NCBI GenBank assembly: GCA_051872175.1
Contig: JBJEDP010000071.1
Location: forward strand, 1 to 36,261
Origin: Candidatus Limisoma sp.
Lineage (GTDB): Bacteria > Bacteroidota > Bacteroidia > Bacteroidales > Muribaculaceae
DNA: 36,261 nt
Direction: 5' to 3'
Shown here: in pieces, positions 1 through 8,928 of the stretch
How the letters are laid out: the number at the start of each line of letters is the position of its first letter
Numbering within the stretch: position 1 is the stretch's first letter
Notes under the pieces: model-generated
The model's database searches: none
The model's input: the letters and a program-made list of their open reading frames with translations, nothing else
What the model was told of the DNA's origin: nothing
Translations under genes and position numbers: made by a program

Positions 1-1
1 T

Positions 2-2026
2 GCTGTCGATGCTCCTGCAAAGTTGCCTAAATATGCATGGAACAATTTGGTTGCGGTAGTCGACGGTGTGGCGAAGAAGGCTTATCTCTACCTCAACGGC
101 GTTCAGGTAGCATCGGGTAAGGCGCTGTCGACGCTGTCGATAGGCACTGCCGATTTCATCATCGGCAAGCAGCAGGCTGACCTGTTCTGCGACCGCTTCT
201 TGATAAATACGTTCAACGGCATTGTCGACGAAGTAAAAATCGAGAATGTTGCCGCTTCGGCGGAACAAATCACGGCGCAAACGCCTGAACACGATGTAGA
301 TTTGTCGATTCCGGCATCTCGCTTCGCCGGACATCTGCTTCGTCCGACATTCCACGGCATGCCCGGCGCATGCTGGACTAACGAGCCTCACGGGCTGGTG
401 TACTACGGCGGCAAATGGCACATCTTCTTCCAAAAGAATGCCAACGGACCGTATATGGCGCGTCTGCACTGGGGTCACATCTCGAGCGACAACATGTGTA
501 AGTGGAAAGAGGAGAAAATCGCTATCGACCCGGCGGAATGGTACGACATTAAGGGCTGCTGGTCGGGTTGCACATTCACCGACGACTTCTTGACCAACGG
601 CAAGCCGAACATCTTCTATACGGCAGTCGACAACGGTTGCGCTCGCATCTGTCAAGCAATGCCTAACGACGACGGGCTTATCGAATGGACCAAAAGTGAC
701 CGCAACCCGGTGATAGACGGTCGCCCGAGCGGCTTGACCGACGACTTCCGCGATTGCTTCCTGTTTACCAACAATTCGAAGTATTATATGATTGTGGGCA
801 GCAGCCAAAACGGATTAGGTGTTGCCACCCTTCATCGCTACAATACCGGAACGAAAGCTTGGAGCAACGACGGCTCGCTCTTCTTCAAGGCCAACAATGC
901 CAATCAGGAAGGTACGTTCTGGGAAATGCCTAACATCACCCCGATGGGCAACGGCAAGTGGCTCTTTACGTGCACGCCCCTGGGCTCCGGAGTAGGTGTC
1001 GAGACGCTCTATTGGGTAGGAACTATCAACGACGACGGCACGTTTGCGCCCGACGCACAGTATAGCGGTATGCCCGGCAAGGTTGAACTCGACGGCTTCA
1101 GCCGCGACGGCTACGGCTTGCTTTCGCCTTCGGTAGCCATCCACGACGGCAAGGTCGTTGCTATGGGTATCGTGCCCGACAAACTTCCCGGCAGCGACAA
1201 CTACAACCTCGGCTGGGCGCACAACTATAGCCTGCCTCGCGAGTGGACGCTTGCCGACGACGGTACGCTGGCGCAAAAGCCTTACGAAGGACTTAAAGAT
1301 ATGCGTAGCGCTGTGTCGTTCAGCAAGTCGGACTTCAACCTCGACGGCACGATGTCGCTCGACCCCGTTTCGGGACGTCAGGTGGAAGTTGTCGGCGAAT
1401 TCGTTGTCGGCGACGGCTCTGAATTCGGCTTCAACTTGTTCTGCAACGACGATAAAAAGGCAAAACTTTCCTTCAGCACGTCCGACAACACGTTGACCTT
1501 CGACTTCGTCAACGTAAGCCGATTGGTGAATGACGGCGGCGTCTACAATGCATGCTATTCGAGCACTGTGCCGCAAATCTTCTCGCGCGGCGAAGTGGTG
1601 AAGATTCATGCTTTTGTCGACCATTCGATAGTCGATATCTTCGTAAACGACAAGTGGGCGGCTTCGGTGAGAATCTTCCCGACCAATGCCAATGCCAAAG
1701 GCGTTGAGGCATTCTCGACAGGCACAACGAAGGTAAAGAGCCTCAATGCGTGGATTCTCGACGAGAACCTTGGCGGCGTTTCGATGCCGACAGCCGACGA
1801 CGCTTTAGCCGGACAACAAGTTTTTACGCGCGGCTCGCAGCTTGTCTACAAAGGCTGTCCGGCAGGCTCGGTAGTCTCGCTCTACACGATGTCGGGCGTT
1901 AAGGTTATGGAGCAGCCGTTGCCAACCATCGACGGCAGTATCGACCTTGACTGCCAAAAAGGCTTCTATGTGGCTGTGTTGGCGAGTAGGCAAGGACGTA
2001 AAAGTACCAAAGTGGTGGTTAGGTAA
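2..2026 (+). CDS. GH32-family glycoside hydrolase (beta-fructosidase/levanase-like), 5'-truncated by the window edge. It has an N-terminal LamG/concanavalin-like segment and a C-terminal T9SS sorting domain.
   Basis: The frame is open from nt 2, with no stop upstream of the TTG used by the ORF track, so the gene continues left of the window. GH32 blocks read directly: RPTFHGMPGACWTNEPHG (a variant of WMNDPNG), FRDCF (RDP block) and FWEMPN (EC block). The first ~90 aa (WNNLVAVVDG..AYLYLNG..IIGK..FNGIVDEVKI) look LamG-like. The last ~70 aa (VVSLYTMSGVKV...KGFYVAVL...KVVVR) fit the T9SS type-A CTD pattern. Confidence 0.8.
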   Translation, partial: AVDAPAKLPKYAWNNLVAVVDGVAKKAYLYLNGVQVASGKALSTLSIGTADFIIGKQQADLFCDRFLINTFNGIVDEVKIENVAASAEQITAQTPEHDVDLSIPASRFAGHLLRPTFHGMPGACWTNEPHGLVYYGGKWHIFFQKNANGPYMARLHWGHISSDNMCKWKEEKIAIDPAEWYDIKGCWSGCTFTDDFLTNGKPNIFYTAVDNGCARICQAMPNDDGLIEWTKSDRNPVIDGRPSGLTDDFRDCFLFTNNSKYYMIVGSSQNGLGVATLHRYNTGTKAWSNDGSLFFKANNANQEGTFWEMPNITPMGNGKWLFTCTPLGSGVGVETLYWVGTINDDGTFAPDAQYSGMPGKVELDGFSRDGYGLLSPSVAIHDGKVVAMGIVPDKLPGSDNYNLGWAHNYSLPREWTLADDGTLAQKPYEGLKDMRSAVSFSKSDFNLDGTMSLDPVSGRQVEVVGEFVVGDGSEFGFNLFCNDDKKAKLSFSTSDNTLTFDFVNVSRLVNDGGVYNACYSSTVPQIFSRGEVVKIHAFVDHSIVDIFVNDKWAASVRIFPTNANAKGVEAFSTGTTKVKSLNAWILDENLGGVSMPTADDALAGQQVFTRGSQLVYKGCPAGSVVSLYTMSGVKVMEQPLPTIDGSIDLDCQKGFYVAVLASRQGRKSTKVVVR

Positions 2027-2069
2027 ATAACTCGATTTGAATAATTTGATACTTTAAAAATCTAAAAAT

Positions 2070-3866
2070 ATGAAAAGGCTTATAAGAACATTTTTATTTA
2101 CAATGGCAGCAGTTGCAGCCGTAGGCGCATCTGCCGATAACGGTGTGGGAATGCGTTATCTCGGACAAGGACATTCGATACTGACACCCCAAACCGGCGA
2201 GCGCTATATGATGCTCCCGGTGCAGGAGTCGTGTGACGAATCGCGTGTTGTTGTCTATAATGATAACAAGATTAAAGAGACAATTTTCGTGCGTCTTGCC
2301 AAAGATAAGGTTGATTATTATGTGCCGTATGCAGTCGCAGCGGGAGATGCTCTCTACGTGCATACGCCAACTAACGGCGAAGGTGAGTCGTTGCACAAAA
2401 CCGGAGAAAGTGCCGTATGGGCAAAACAAGTTCGTATGGCAGATTCGTACAGTTTCGACAACGAGCCGCATCGCCCGGCTTATCATTTTGCTCCTGAGCA
2501 CGGATGGATGAACGACCCGAACGGTATGTTCTACAAGGACGGCGTCTACCATCTGTACTATCAGTACAATCCCTATGCGTCAGTGTGGGGCAATCTGAGT
2601 TGGGGCCATGCAACGAGCCGCGATTTAGTGCATTGGAAGCATGAACCGGTGGCAATTACGCCGGACGCTTTGGGTATGATTTTCAGCGGCTCGTCGGTGG
2701 TCGACACCGACAATACGTCGGGTCTGGGCGCCGGCACGATAGTTTCGTTCTACACGTCGGCAAGCGAGCGCCAGATGCAGAGCATGGCATATAGCACAGA
2801 TGGCGGTATGACGTTTACGAAATATGCCGGCAACCCGGTTGTGACATCTAATGTTCCGGACTTCCGCGACCCGAAGGTGATTTGGCATGAGCCTACGCAT
2901 CGTTGGGTGATGGTGCTTGCGGCAGGACAACAGATGCAGTTCTACACGTCAGCCGACCTTAAGTCGTGGACCTACGAGAGCGCATTCGGCTTGGAGGTAG
3001 GGTGCCACGATGGCGTTTGGGAGTGCCCCGACTTGTTCGAACTCCCCGTTGAAGGTACCGACCAAAAACGTTGGGTGCTGCTCTGTAACATCAACCCCGG
3101 CGGCCCCGGCGGCGGTTCGGCTACGCAGTATTTCATCGGCTCGTTCGACGGCCATCGCTTCGTTGTCGACACACCTTGTGCTACCAAGTGGATGGATTGG
3201 GGTCGCGACCATTATGCTACCGTTTCGTGGAGCAATGCTCCCGAAGGTCGTCGCGTTGCCATCGCCTGGATGAGCAACTGGCAGTACGCACCTGTTGTGC
3301 CTACTCGCGCTTTCCGCAGCGCATACAGCCTGCCGCGCGACTTGAGTCTGTATGCTTACAACGGCGACATTTTCATAAAGTCGACTCCTGTGCGTGAAAT
3401 CGAGGCTTGTCGCAAAGTCGTTTTGGCGCAGTCGAAGATTTCGCTCAAGACAACTCCGCGCAGCTTTGCTTTGCCGGCTGGTCTTAACGGCATTTACGCA
3501 ATTGAGATGGACGTAGCAAATCCGGAACACGGCGATGTTGTGGTGACGCTTGCCAATTCGAAAGGCGAGAAAGTCGACATGACTTACAATGGCAAAACTT
3601 TTGCTTTCGATCGCACAAAAAGCGGTTTGACCGACTTCAATGGCGATTTTGCATCGACAACGACTTGCGACGTTGCAAGCACTTCGTCGACGATGCATTT
3701 GACTCTCTATGTCGACCGCTCGAGCATAGAAGCGTTTGGCGACGGTGGTCGGTTTGTTCAAACTAATCTTGTGTTTCCGACTGTCCCCTATGATAAAATT
3801 ACAGTTCGGGCTAATGCCAAAAAGGCAAAAATCAACAATTTAAAGGTTTACAAAATAACATTATAG
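2070..3866 (+). CDS. GH32 beta-fructofuranosidase / levanase-inulinase-type exo-fructosidase, secreted or periplasmic
   Basis: ATG at 2070. The N-terminus is signal-peptide-like (MKRLIRTFLFTMAAVAAVGASA). Canonical GH32 blocks are present: WMNDPNGMFYKDGVYHLYYQYNP, FRDPKV and WECPDLF. Confidence 0.9.
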   Translation: MKRLIRTFLFTMAAVAAVGASADNGVGMRYLGQGHSILTPQTGERYMMLPVQESCDESRVVVYNDNKIKETIFVRLAKDKVDYYVPYAVAAGDALYVHTPTNGEGESLHKTGESAVWAKQVRMADSYSFDNEPHRPAYHFAPEHGWMNDPNGMFYKDGVYHLYYQYNPYASVWGNLSWGHATSRDLVHWKHEPVAITPDALGMIFSGSSVVDTDNTSGLGAGTIVSFYTSASERQMQSMAYSTDGGMTFTKYAGNPVVTSNVPDFRDPKVIWHEPTHRWVMVLAAGQQMQFYTSADLKSWTYESAFGLEVGCHDGVWECPDLFELPVEGTDQKRWVLLCNINPGGPGGGSATQYFIGSFDGHRFVVDTPCATKWMDWGRDHYATVSWSNAPEGRRVAIAWMSNWQYAPVVPTRAFRSAYSLPRDLSLYAYNGDIFIKSTPVREIEACRKVVLAQSKISLKTTPRSFALPAGLNGIYAIEMDVANPEHGDVVVTLANSKGEKVDMTYNGKTFAFDRTKSGLTDFNGDFASTTTCDVASTSSTMHLTLYVDRSSIEAFGDGGRFVQTNLVFPTVPYDKITVRANAKKAKINNLKVYKITL

Positions 3867-3869
3867 AAG

Positions 3870-5018
3870 ATGGAAGAAAAGAAATTCAACTATACCAAAC
3901 TAATACCGGTCTTGTTGGCGTTTTTTGCCATGGGCTTTGTCGACCTGGTAGGTATAGCGACCAATTACGTAAAACTCGACCTCGAACTGACCGATACGGT
4001 AGCCAATATGTTGCCGTCGATGGTGTTCTTTTGGTTCTTGATATTCTCGGTGCCGTCGGGCGTGCTGATGAATCGCATCGGCCGCCGCAATACGGTGCTC
4101 GTGTCGTTGGTGATAACAACGGTGTCGCTGCTTTTGCCCATCGTTTGTCCCTACAACATGGTGTGGATGATTGTGTCGTTCTCGCTGTTGGGCATCGGTA
4201 ACGCAATCATGCAAACGTCAATCAATCCCTTGGTGTCGAACTTGGTAAGCGGCAAGCATTTGGCAAGCACGATGACTTTCGGACAGTTTGTCAAAGCAAT
4301 AGCCTCGTTTATTGCGCCGATAATCGCCGGATGGGCTGCAGTGCGCTTCCACGATTGGCAAATGTTGTTCCCCATCTTTATGGCAGTGTCGGTAATCGCC
4401 GTGATTGCTTTGGGCGCAACTCATATCGAAGAAAGCAGCAGCGAGACCACCTCGTTCGGACAATGCTTCCGCCTGTTGGGCGACAAACTCGTGTTGCTTT
4501 CGTTCTTAGGCATTATGTGCCACGTAGGTATTGACGTGGGTACTAACGTAACGGCGCCAAAGGTGCTGATGGAGCGCGCCCACTTTTCGCTTGCCGAAGC
4601 GGGATTCGCTACGAGTGTTTACTTCTTGTTCCGTACGATTGGCTGCTTCAGCGGTTCGTTCATCCTGTCGAAAGTGTCGGCGAAATTGTTTTTCGTCATC
4701 AGCACGGTGTGCATGATTTTAGGAATGGGCGGTCTTTTATTTGCAGATTCTGTAGAATTGATATATATTTGCGTAGCGCTCATCGGTTTCGGCAACTCGA
4801 ACATCTTCCCGATTATCGTGTCGCAAGCGATGTTGCGTTTGCCGGAGCAGAAGAATGCCGTATCGGGCTTAATGATTATGGGATTGTTCGGAGGAACAAT
4901 TTTCCCGTTGGTAATGGGCTATGCGTCCGACTCATTGGGCTCGCAAATAGGCGCTGTGGCAGTAATGTTAGTCGGCGTTGTCTATTTGACATTCTTTGGA
5001 ACAAAAGTAAAAAAGTAA
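3870..5018 (+). CDS. MFS sugar transporter (FucP / glucose-galactose-transporter-like), likely the fructose importer of the locus
   Basis: 382 aa with about 12 hydrophobic spans. An MFS loop motif (MNRIGRRNT) follows TM2. The gene starts 3 nt after the GH32 stop. Its position is equivalent to the inner-membrane sugar importer of the Bacteroides thetaiotaomicron fructan locus. Confidence 0.8.
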   Translation: MEEKKFNYTKLIPVLLAFFAMGFVDLVGIATNYVKLDLELTDTVANMLPSMVFFWFLIFSVPSGVLMNRIGRRNTVLVSLVITTVSLLLPIVCPYNMVWMIVSFSLLGIGNAIMQTSINPLVSNLVSGKHLASTMTFGQFVKAIASFIAPIIAGWAAVRFHDWQMLFPIFMAVSVIAVIALGATHIEESSSETTSFGQCFRLLGDKLVLLSFLGIMCHVGIDVGTNVTAPKVLMERAHFSLAEAGFATSVYFLFRTIGCFSGSFILSKVSAKLFFVISTVCMILGMGGLLFADSVELIYICVALIGFGNSNIFPIIVSQAMLRLPEQKNAVSGLMIMGLFGGTIFPLVMGYASDSLGSQIGAVAVMLVGVVYLTFFGTKVKK

Positions 5019-5044
5019 ATCGTTAAAATTATTTCAATACCATT

Positions 5045-5950
5045 ATGGAAAGAAAAATCATTGTAGGACTCGGTGAAGCGCTTTGGGATGTAATGCCTGA
5101 AGAACGCAAAATCGGCGGCGCTCCCGCGAATTTTGCCTACCACGCTTCGCAAATGGGTCACGAAAGCTATGTTGTCAGTGCAATCGGTGAGGATAATTGG
5201 GGCGACGAAGTGGTCCGTCAGTTGGAGGCAAAAGGTCTCAACTTGATGCTGTCGCGCGTCGATTTTCCCACAGGAGAAGTTAACGTAACCTATAAGTCGC
5301 CGACAGAACCAATCTACGATATTTGCGAAGGTTCGGCTTGGGACAACATCCCGTTTACCGACGAAATGAAGAGCCTTGCCGAGCGCGCCGATGCCGTATG
5401 TTTCGGTTCGTTGGCACAACGCAGTCCGGTGAGCCGCGCAACGATTTATCGCTTCTTGGATTCGATGCGCAGCGAAGGCACTTTGAAGGTCTACGACATC
5501 AACTTGCGTCAAAATTATTATAATCGCGAAATTATTGAAGAGTCGTTGCATCGTAGCAATGCATTGAAAATCAACGAAGATGAAATCGTAGTCGTTTGCC
5601 GAATGCTCGACCTCGGCGAGGTGGACATCAACGACGAAGAGTCGGTGCGTCATATCGCCCTGGAACTGATGAAGCGCTACAACTTGGAGCTCGTTATCGT
5701 TACTTGCGGAAGCACTTGCAGTTATGCCATAACCGCCGATTGCTTCAATAAGGAAATGACGCCGCGTGTCGACGTTGTCGACGCCGTCGGTGCGGGCGAC
5801 TCGTTCACGGCAACATTCTGCTCGGCTTATCTTGCCGGAAAAGACGTCGTTACGGCGCATCGATTGGCAGTCGAGGTGGCTGCTGAAGTGTGCCGCCACG
5901 CAGGCGCTATGCCCACTATGCCGGCTCATATGAAAGAAAAACTCTTATAA
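5045..5950 (+). CDS. PfkB-family carbohydrate kinase, fructokinase
   Basis: GGAPANFAYH lies near the N-terminus and DAVGAGDSF (DxxGAGD anion-hole motif) near the C-terminus. The protein is 301 aa and sits between a sugar importer and a fructan regulator. Confidence 0.85.
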   Translation: MERKIIVGLGEALWDVMPEERKIGGAPANFAYHASQMGHESYVVSAIGEDNWGDEVVRQLEAKGLNLMLSRVDFPTGEVNVTYKSPTEPIYDICEGSAWDNIPFTDEMKSLAERADAVCFGSLAQRSPVSRATIYRFLDSMRSEGTLKVYDINLRQNYYNREIIEESLHRSNALKINEDEIVVVCRMLDLGEVDINDEESVRHIALELMKRYNLELVIVTCGSTCSYAITADCFNKEMTPRVDVVDAVGAGDSFTATFCSAYLAGKDVVTAHRLAVEVAAEVCRHAGAMPTMPAHMKEKLL

Positions 5951-5962
5951 GCCTAATCTTTG

Positions 5963-6006
5963 GAGACGGGCGTTCGCTCTGCGGCGTCCGTCTCTTTTGC
6001 CTTTTT
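5963..6006 (+). terminator. Rho-independent terminator after the fructokinase gene
   Basis: The stem pairs GAGACGG (5963-5969) with CCGTCTC (5988-5994) and can be extended inward with G-C and G-U pairs. It is followed by TTTTGCCTTTTT. Confidence 0.6.
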
Positions 6007-6042
6007 ACTAATGAGACCTACCTTAAATACAAAAACCTATTT

Positions 6043-8751
6043 ATGAAAAGACAGATTTATGCCGCCCTAATGCTTCTTGCAGCGGTTATCGTAGCCAGCT
6101 GTTCCGGCTCCGACAAGGAGTTTCGTATCGGCGTCAGCCAATGTAGCGACGATGCTTGGCGTCGGCAGATGAATGGCGAAATTCTTCGCGAAACGTTTAT
6201 GTACGGTAATGTCGACGTGGAATTTCGTTCGGCAAACGACAACAATGAAAAACAAATAGAAGATATAAAGTATTTCATCAACCAAGGTGTCGACTTGCTC
6301 GTTGTGGCACCTAACGAGACCGACGCCATCGCGCCGATTGTCGAAACTGCTTACGACCGCGGCATTCCGGTGGTGGTCGTCGACCGCAAACTCAATTCGA
6401 GTAAATATAATGCATTTATCGGTGCCGACAATTTCCAAATCGGTAAATCGGTCGGCAATTACATAAGCTCGTTTAGAGCCGACAATTTGAAGGTCGTGGA
6501 GTTGAAGGGGCTGACCAATTCGTCGCCGGCGGAGGAGCGCCACGAAGGATTTATCAGCTCGTTTGCGCATCATTCCAACATCGAATTAGTGGCGTCAATC
6601 GACGCCGAATGGCTTCGCGACGTGGCATACGAGAAGATGGATTCGCTGCTGAAAACAGGAACGGAGATTGACGTATGTTTCGCCCACAACGATATGATGG
6701 CTTACGGCGCCTACGAGGCGGCTCGTCGACATCATTGCGAAAAAGAGATAAAGTTTATCGGCGTCGATGCCATTGCCGGAAAGGGATTGGGTATCGAGGC
6801 TGTGCATAACGGTTTCTTCACCGCTTCGTTCTCTTATCCTACAGGCGGCGACAAGGTGCTGCAGACGGCGATGAACATCCTGGAGCATCGCCCGTATCCG
6901 AAAGTGACGGTGCTCAGCACAATGGCTGTCGATTCGCTCAACGTCGAAAACCTCCTTCTGCAGTCGGCGCAAATTTCCGAACTCGACCAGAAAATCGAGA
7001 CGCTTAGCGGAAAGATTATCAGCTACGTGTCGCGCTACTATACGCAGAAGGTGGTGCTTTTCTGCATTTTGGTGATTCTCGTGCTCTGTGCCGTGTTGCT
7101 CGTTGTCACTGTCAAGTCGTTGCGCAGCAAGAGTTTGATGAACGCCAAGTTGGCAGAGCAAAGCGAGAAACTAAAGTCGCAGTATGAGCAAATGGTTCAG
7201 CTGTCGAAGCAACTCGAAGAGGCTACACAGGCGAAGTTGGTGTTCTTTACCAACATCTCGCACGATTTTCGCACGCCGTTGACGCTCATAGCCGACCCGG
7301 TCGACCAACTCCTTGCCTCGCCGACCGTTGCCGACGCCGACCGAAAACTTTTGCAAATCGTCAAGAAAAACACCGGATTGCTGTTGCGCTTGGTCAACCA
7401 AATACTTGACTTCCGCAAGTTCGAAAACGGCAAGATGGAGATGAAGCGCGAGGCGCTCGACCTCCGTGAGTGCTTCCGCGAATGGGCGGAGCCGTTTATG
7501 CCGGTTGCTATCAAAAAACATCATCACTATAGTTTCAATGCCGACGAAGATGCCAATTTCGTTGCGTCGGTCGACCGCTCAAAACTCGAAAGCATTTTCT
7601 TCAATCTGCTGTCGAACGCCTTCAAGTATACGCCGGAGAATGGCAAAGTTTCGGTTCGCCTCGAACGGCTTGAGGCAAACGACGGCGCTACGGTGCGCCT
7701 GACGGTAGCCAATACGGGCAGCCTGATTCCGAGCGAATATATCGATAAAATTTTCAATCGCTTTTACACTGCCAACTTGAATCACTCCGGTTCGGGCATC
7801 GGACTTGCTTTGGTTAAAGCCTTCGTGGATATGCATGAGGGTAACGTACACGTCGAAAGCGATGAGGCGGGAACGCGCTTCATTGTCGAGCTGCCGCTCA
7901 TAGAGCCTGTCGAAGAGCCTGCCGCCGACTCGGCGATGAGCGAGGCAATGCGTCAATCTGCTGTATTGGACGTGCCCGAGCAAACCGAAGATATGGCTAT
8001 CGATTCCGAAAAAGCCACGGTGCTCATCATCGACGACAATGACGACATCCGAACTTATGTGCGAACCATTCTGCAAGACGAGTATACCGTCATCGAAGCC
8101 CCCGACGGCGAATCGGGTATCAAAAAGGCAATGAAATATGTGCCCGACGTGATTGCCTGCGACGTTATGATGCCCGGCATGGATGGCTACGAATGCTGCG
8201 CAAAACTCAAATCGGAACTGCAAACCTGCCATATCCCGGTGATTCTGCTCACGGCATGTTCGCTCGACGAGCAGCGCATCAAAGGCTATGCAGGCGGTGC
8301 CGATTCTTACATCTCAAAGCCGTTCAGCAAGGCGTTGCTGTGCAGCCGAATCGCAAATCTCATAGCGCAACGCACGCGCTTGAAGGAGTATTTCGGCGAC
8401 TCGAATATGCTCGTCAAGGAGGACATTTGCAGTATGGATAAAGACTTCGTTTCTCGTTTTAAGGCTTGCGTGGAGCGTCAAATCAGCAATTCCGACTTGA
8501 ATGTCGAGGATATCGGTCGCGAACTGGGTATGAGCCGCGTCCAACTCTATCGAAAGATGAAGTCGCTGACCAACTATTCGCCCAACGAGTTGATACGCAT
8601 CACGCGACTGAAGAAGGCGCATTCGATGCTGTCGGCGCTCGACAAGACTGTTGCCGAGGTGGCTTACGACGTGGGATTCTCGTCGCCGTCGTATTTCGCG
8701 AAGTGCTACAAAGATTATTTCGGCGAAAGTCCGACAGCCAATCGACCTTAA
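6043..8751 (+). CDS. Hybrid two-component system sensor/regulator (HTCS) with a periplasmic sugar-binding domain, TM segment, HisKA, HATPase, REC and AraC-type HTH
   Basis: The start is reassigned to ATG 6043 (MKRQIYAALMLLAAVIVASCSG, a signal or lipoprotein-like N-terminus), because the track ORF from 5890 overlaps the fructokinase and its terminator. Features read directly: PBP-type-I-like domain (FRIGVSQCSDDAWRRQM...VVVDRK), TM (VVLFCILVILVLCAVLLVV), H-box FFTNISHDFRTPLT, N-box LLSNAFKYT, G-box GSGIGLALV, receiver VLIIDDNDD...DVMMPGMDG...ISKPF, and C-terminal AraC HTH (SPSYFAKCYKDYFGESP). This architecture matches the fructose-sensing BT1754-type regulator. Confidence 0.9.
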   Translation: MKRQIYAALMLLAAVIVASCSGSDKEFRIGVSQCSDDAWRRQMNGEILRETFMYGNVDVEFRSANDNNEKQIEDIKYFINQGVDLLVVAPNETDAIAPIVETAYDRGIPVVVVDRKLNSSKYNAFIGADNFQIGKSVGNYISSFRADNLKVVELKGLTNSSPAEERHEGFISSFAHHSNIELVASIDAEWLRDVAYEKMDSLLKTGTEIDVCFAHNDMMAYGAYEAARRHHCEKEIKFIGVDAIAGKGLGIEAVHNGFFTASFSYPTGGDKVLQTAMNILEHRPYPKVTVLSTMAVDSLNVENLLLQSAQISELDQKIETLSGKIISYVSRYYTQKVVLFCILVILVLCAVLLVVTVKSLRSKSLMNAKLAEQSEKLKSQYEQMVQLSKQLEEATQAKLVFFTNISHDFRTPLTLIADPVDQLLASPTVADADRKLLQIVKKNTGLLLRLVNQILDFRKFENGKMEMKREALDLRECFREWAEPFMPVAIKKHHHYSFNADEDANFVASVDRSKLESIFFNLLSNAFKYTPENGKVSVRLERLEANDGATVRLTVANTGSLIPSEYIDKIFNRFYTANLNHSGSGIGLALVKAFVDMHEGNVHVESDEAGTRFIVELPLIEPVEEPAADSAMSEAMRQSAVLDVPEQTEDMAIDSEKATVLIIDDNDDIRTYVRTILQDEYTVIEAPDGESGIKKAMKYVPDVIACDVMMPGMDGYECCAKLKSELQTCHIPVILLTACSLDEQRIKGYAGGADSYISKPFSKALLCSRIANLIAQRTRLKEYFGDSNMLVKEDICSMDKDFVSRFKACVERQISNSDLNVEDIGRELGMSRVQLYRKMKSLTNYSPNELIRITRLKKAHSMLSALDKTVAEVAYDVGFSSPSYFAKCYKDYFGESPTANRP

Positions 8752-8928
8752 CCTGCATTATTCATACCATTCCTACTGCAAGGACTAACTGACAACGCCT
8801 TAGCGCAATGCTCGCTCTTCCTCTTTAAAGGTAGGATTTTCTACATTCTGCATCGTCATCGCTGTGCTCACGCTAATGCGCCGCCATTTAGCCCTTTCGT
8901 GACGGAACAGTATGAATAATGCAGGTTA
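8749..8928. repeat. 19-bp perfect inverted repeat (TAACCTGCATTATTCATAC / GTATGAATAATGCAGGTTA) enclosing 142 bp
   Basis: The left arm is 8749-8767 and begins with the HTCS stop codon TAA (8749-8751). The right arm is 8910-8928. I checked this base by base, and neither end extends further. Confidence 0.9.

Noticed and set aside
4982-5929. A 315-aa minus-strand ORF covering the fructokinase gene.
   Set aside because: It is antisense to a gene with clear PfkB motifs (GGAPANF, DAVGAGDSF), and its own translation has no recognisable features.
5890-6042. A 51-codon N-terminal extension of the HTCS ORF that overlaps the fructokinase 3' end.
   Set aside because: The extension runs through the fructokinase stop and its terminator hairpin. 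ATG 6043 gives a typical signal or TM N-terminus (MKRQIYAALMLLAAVIVASC).
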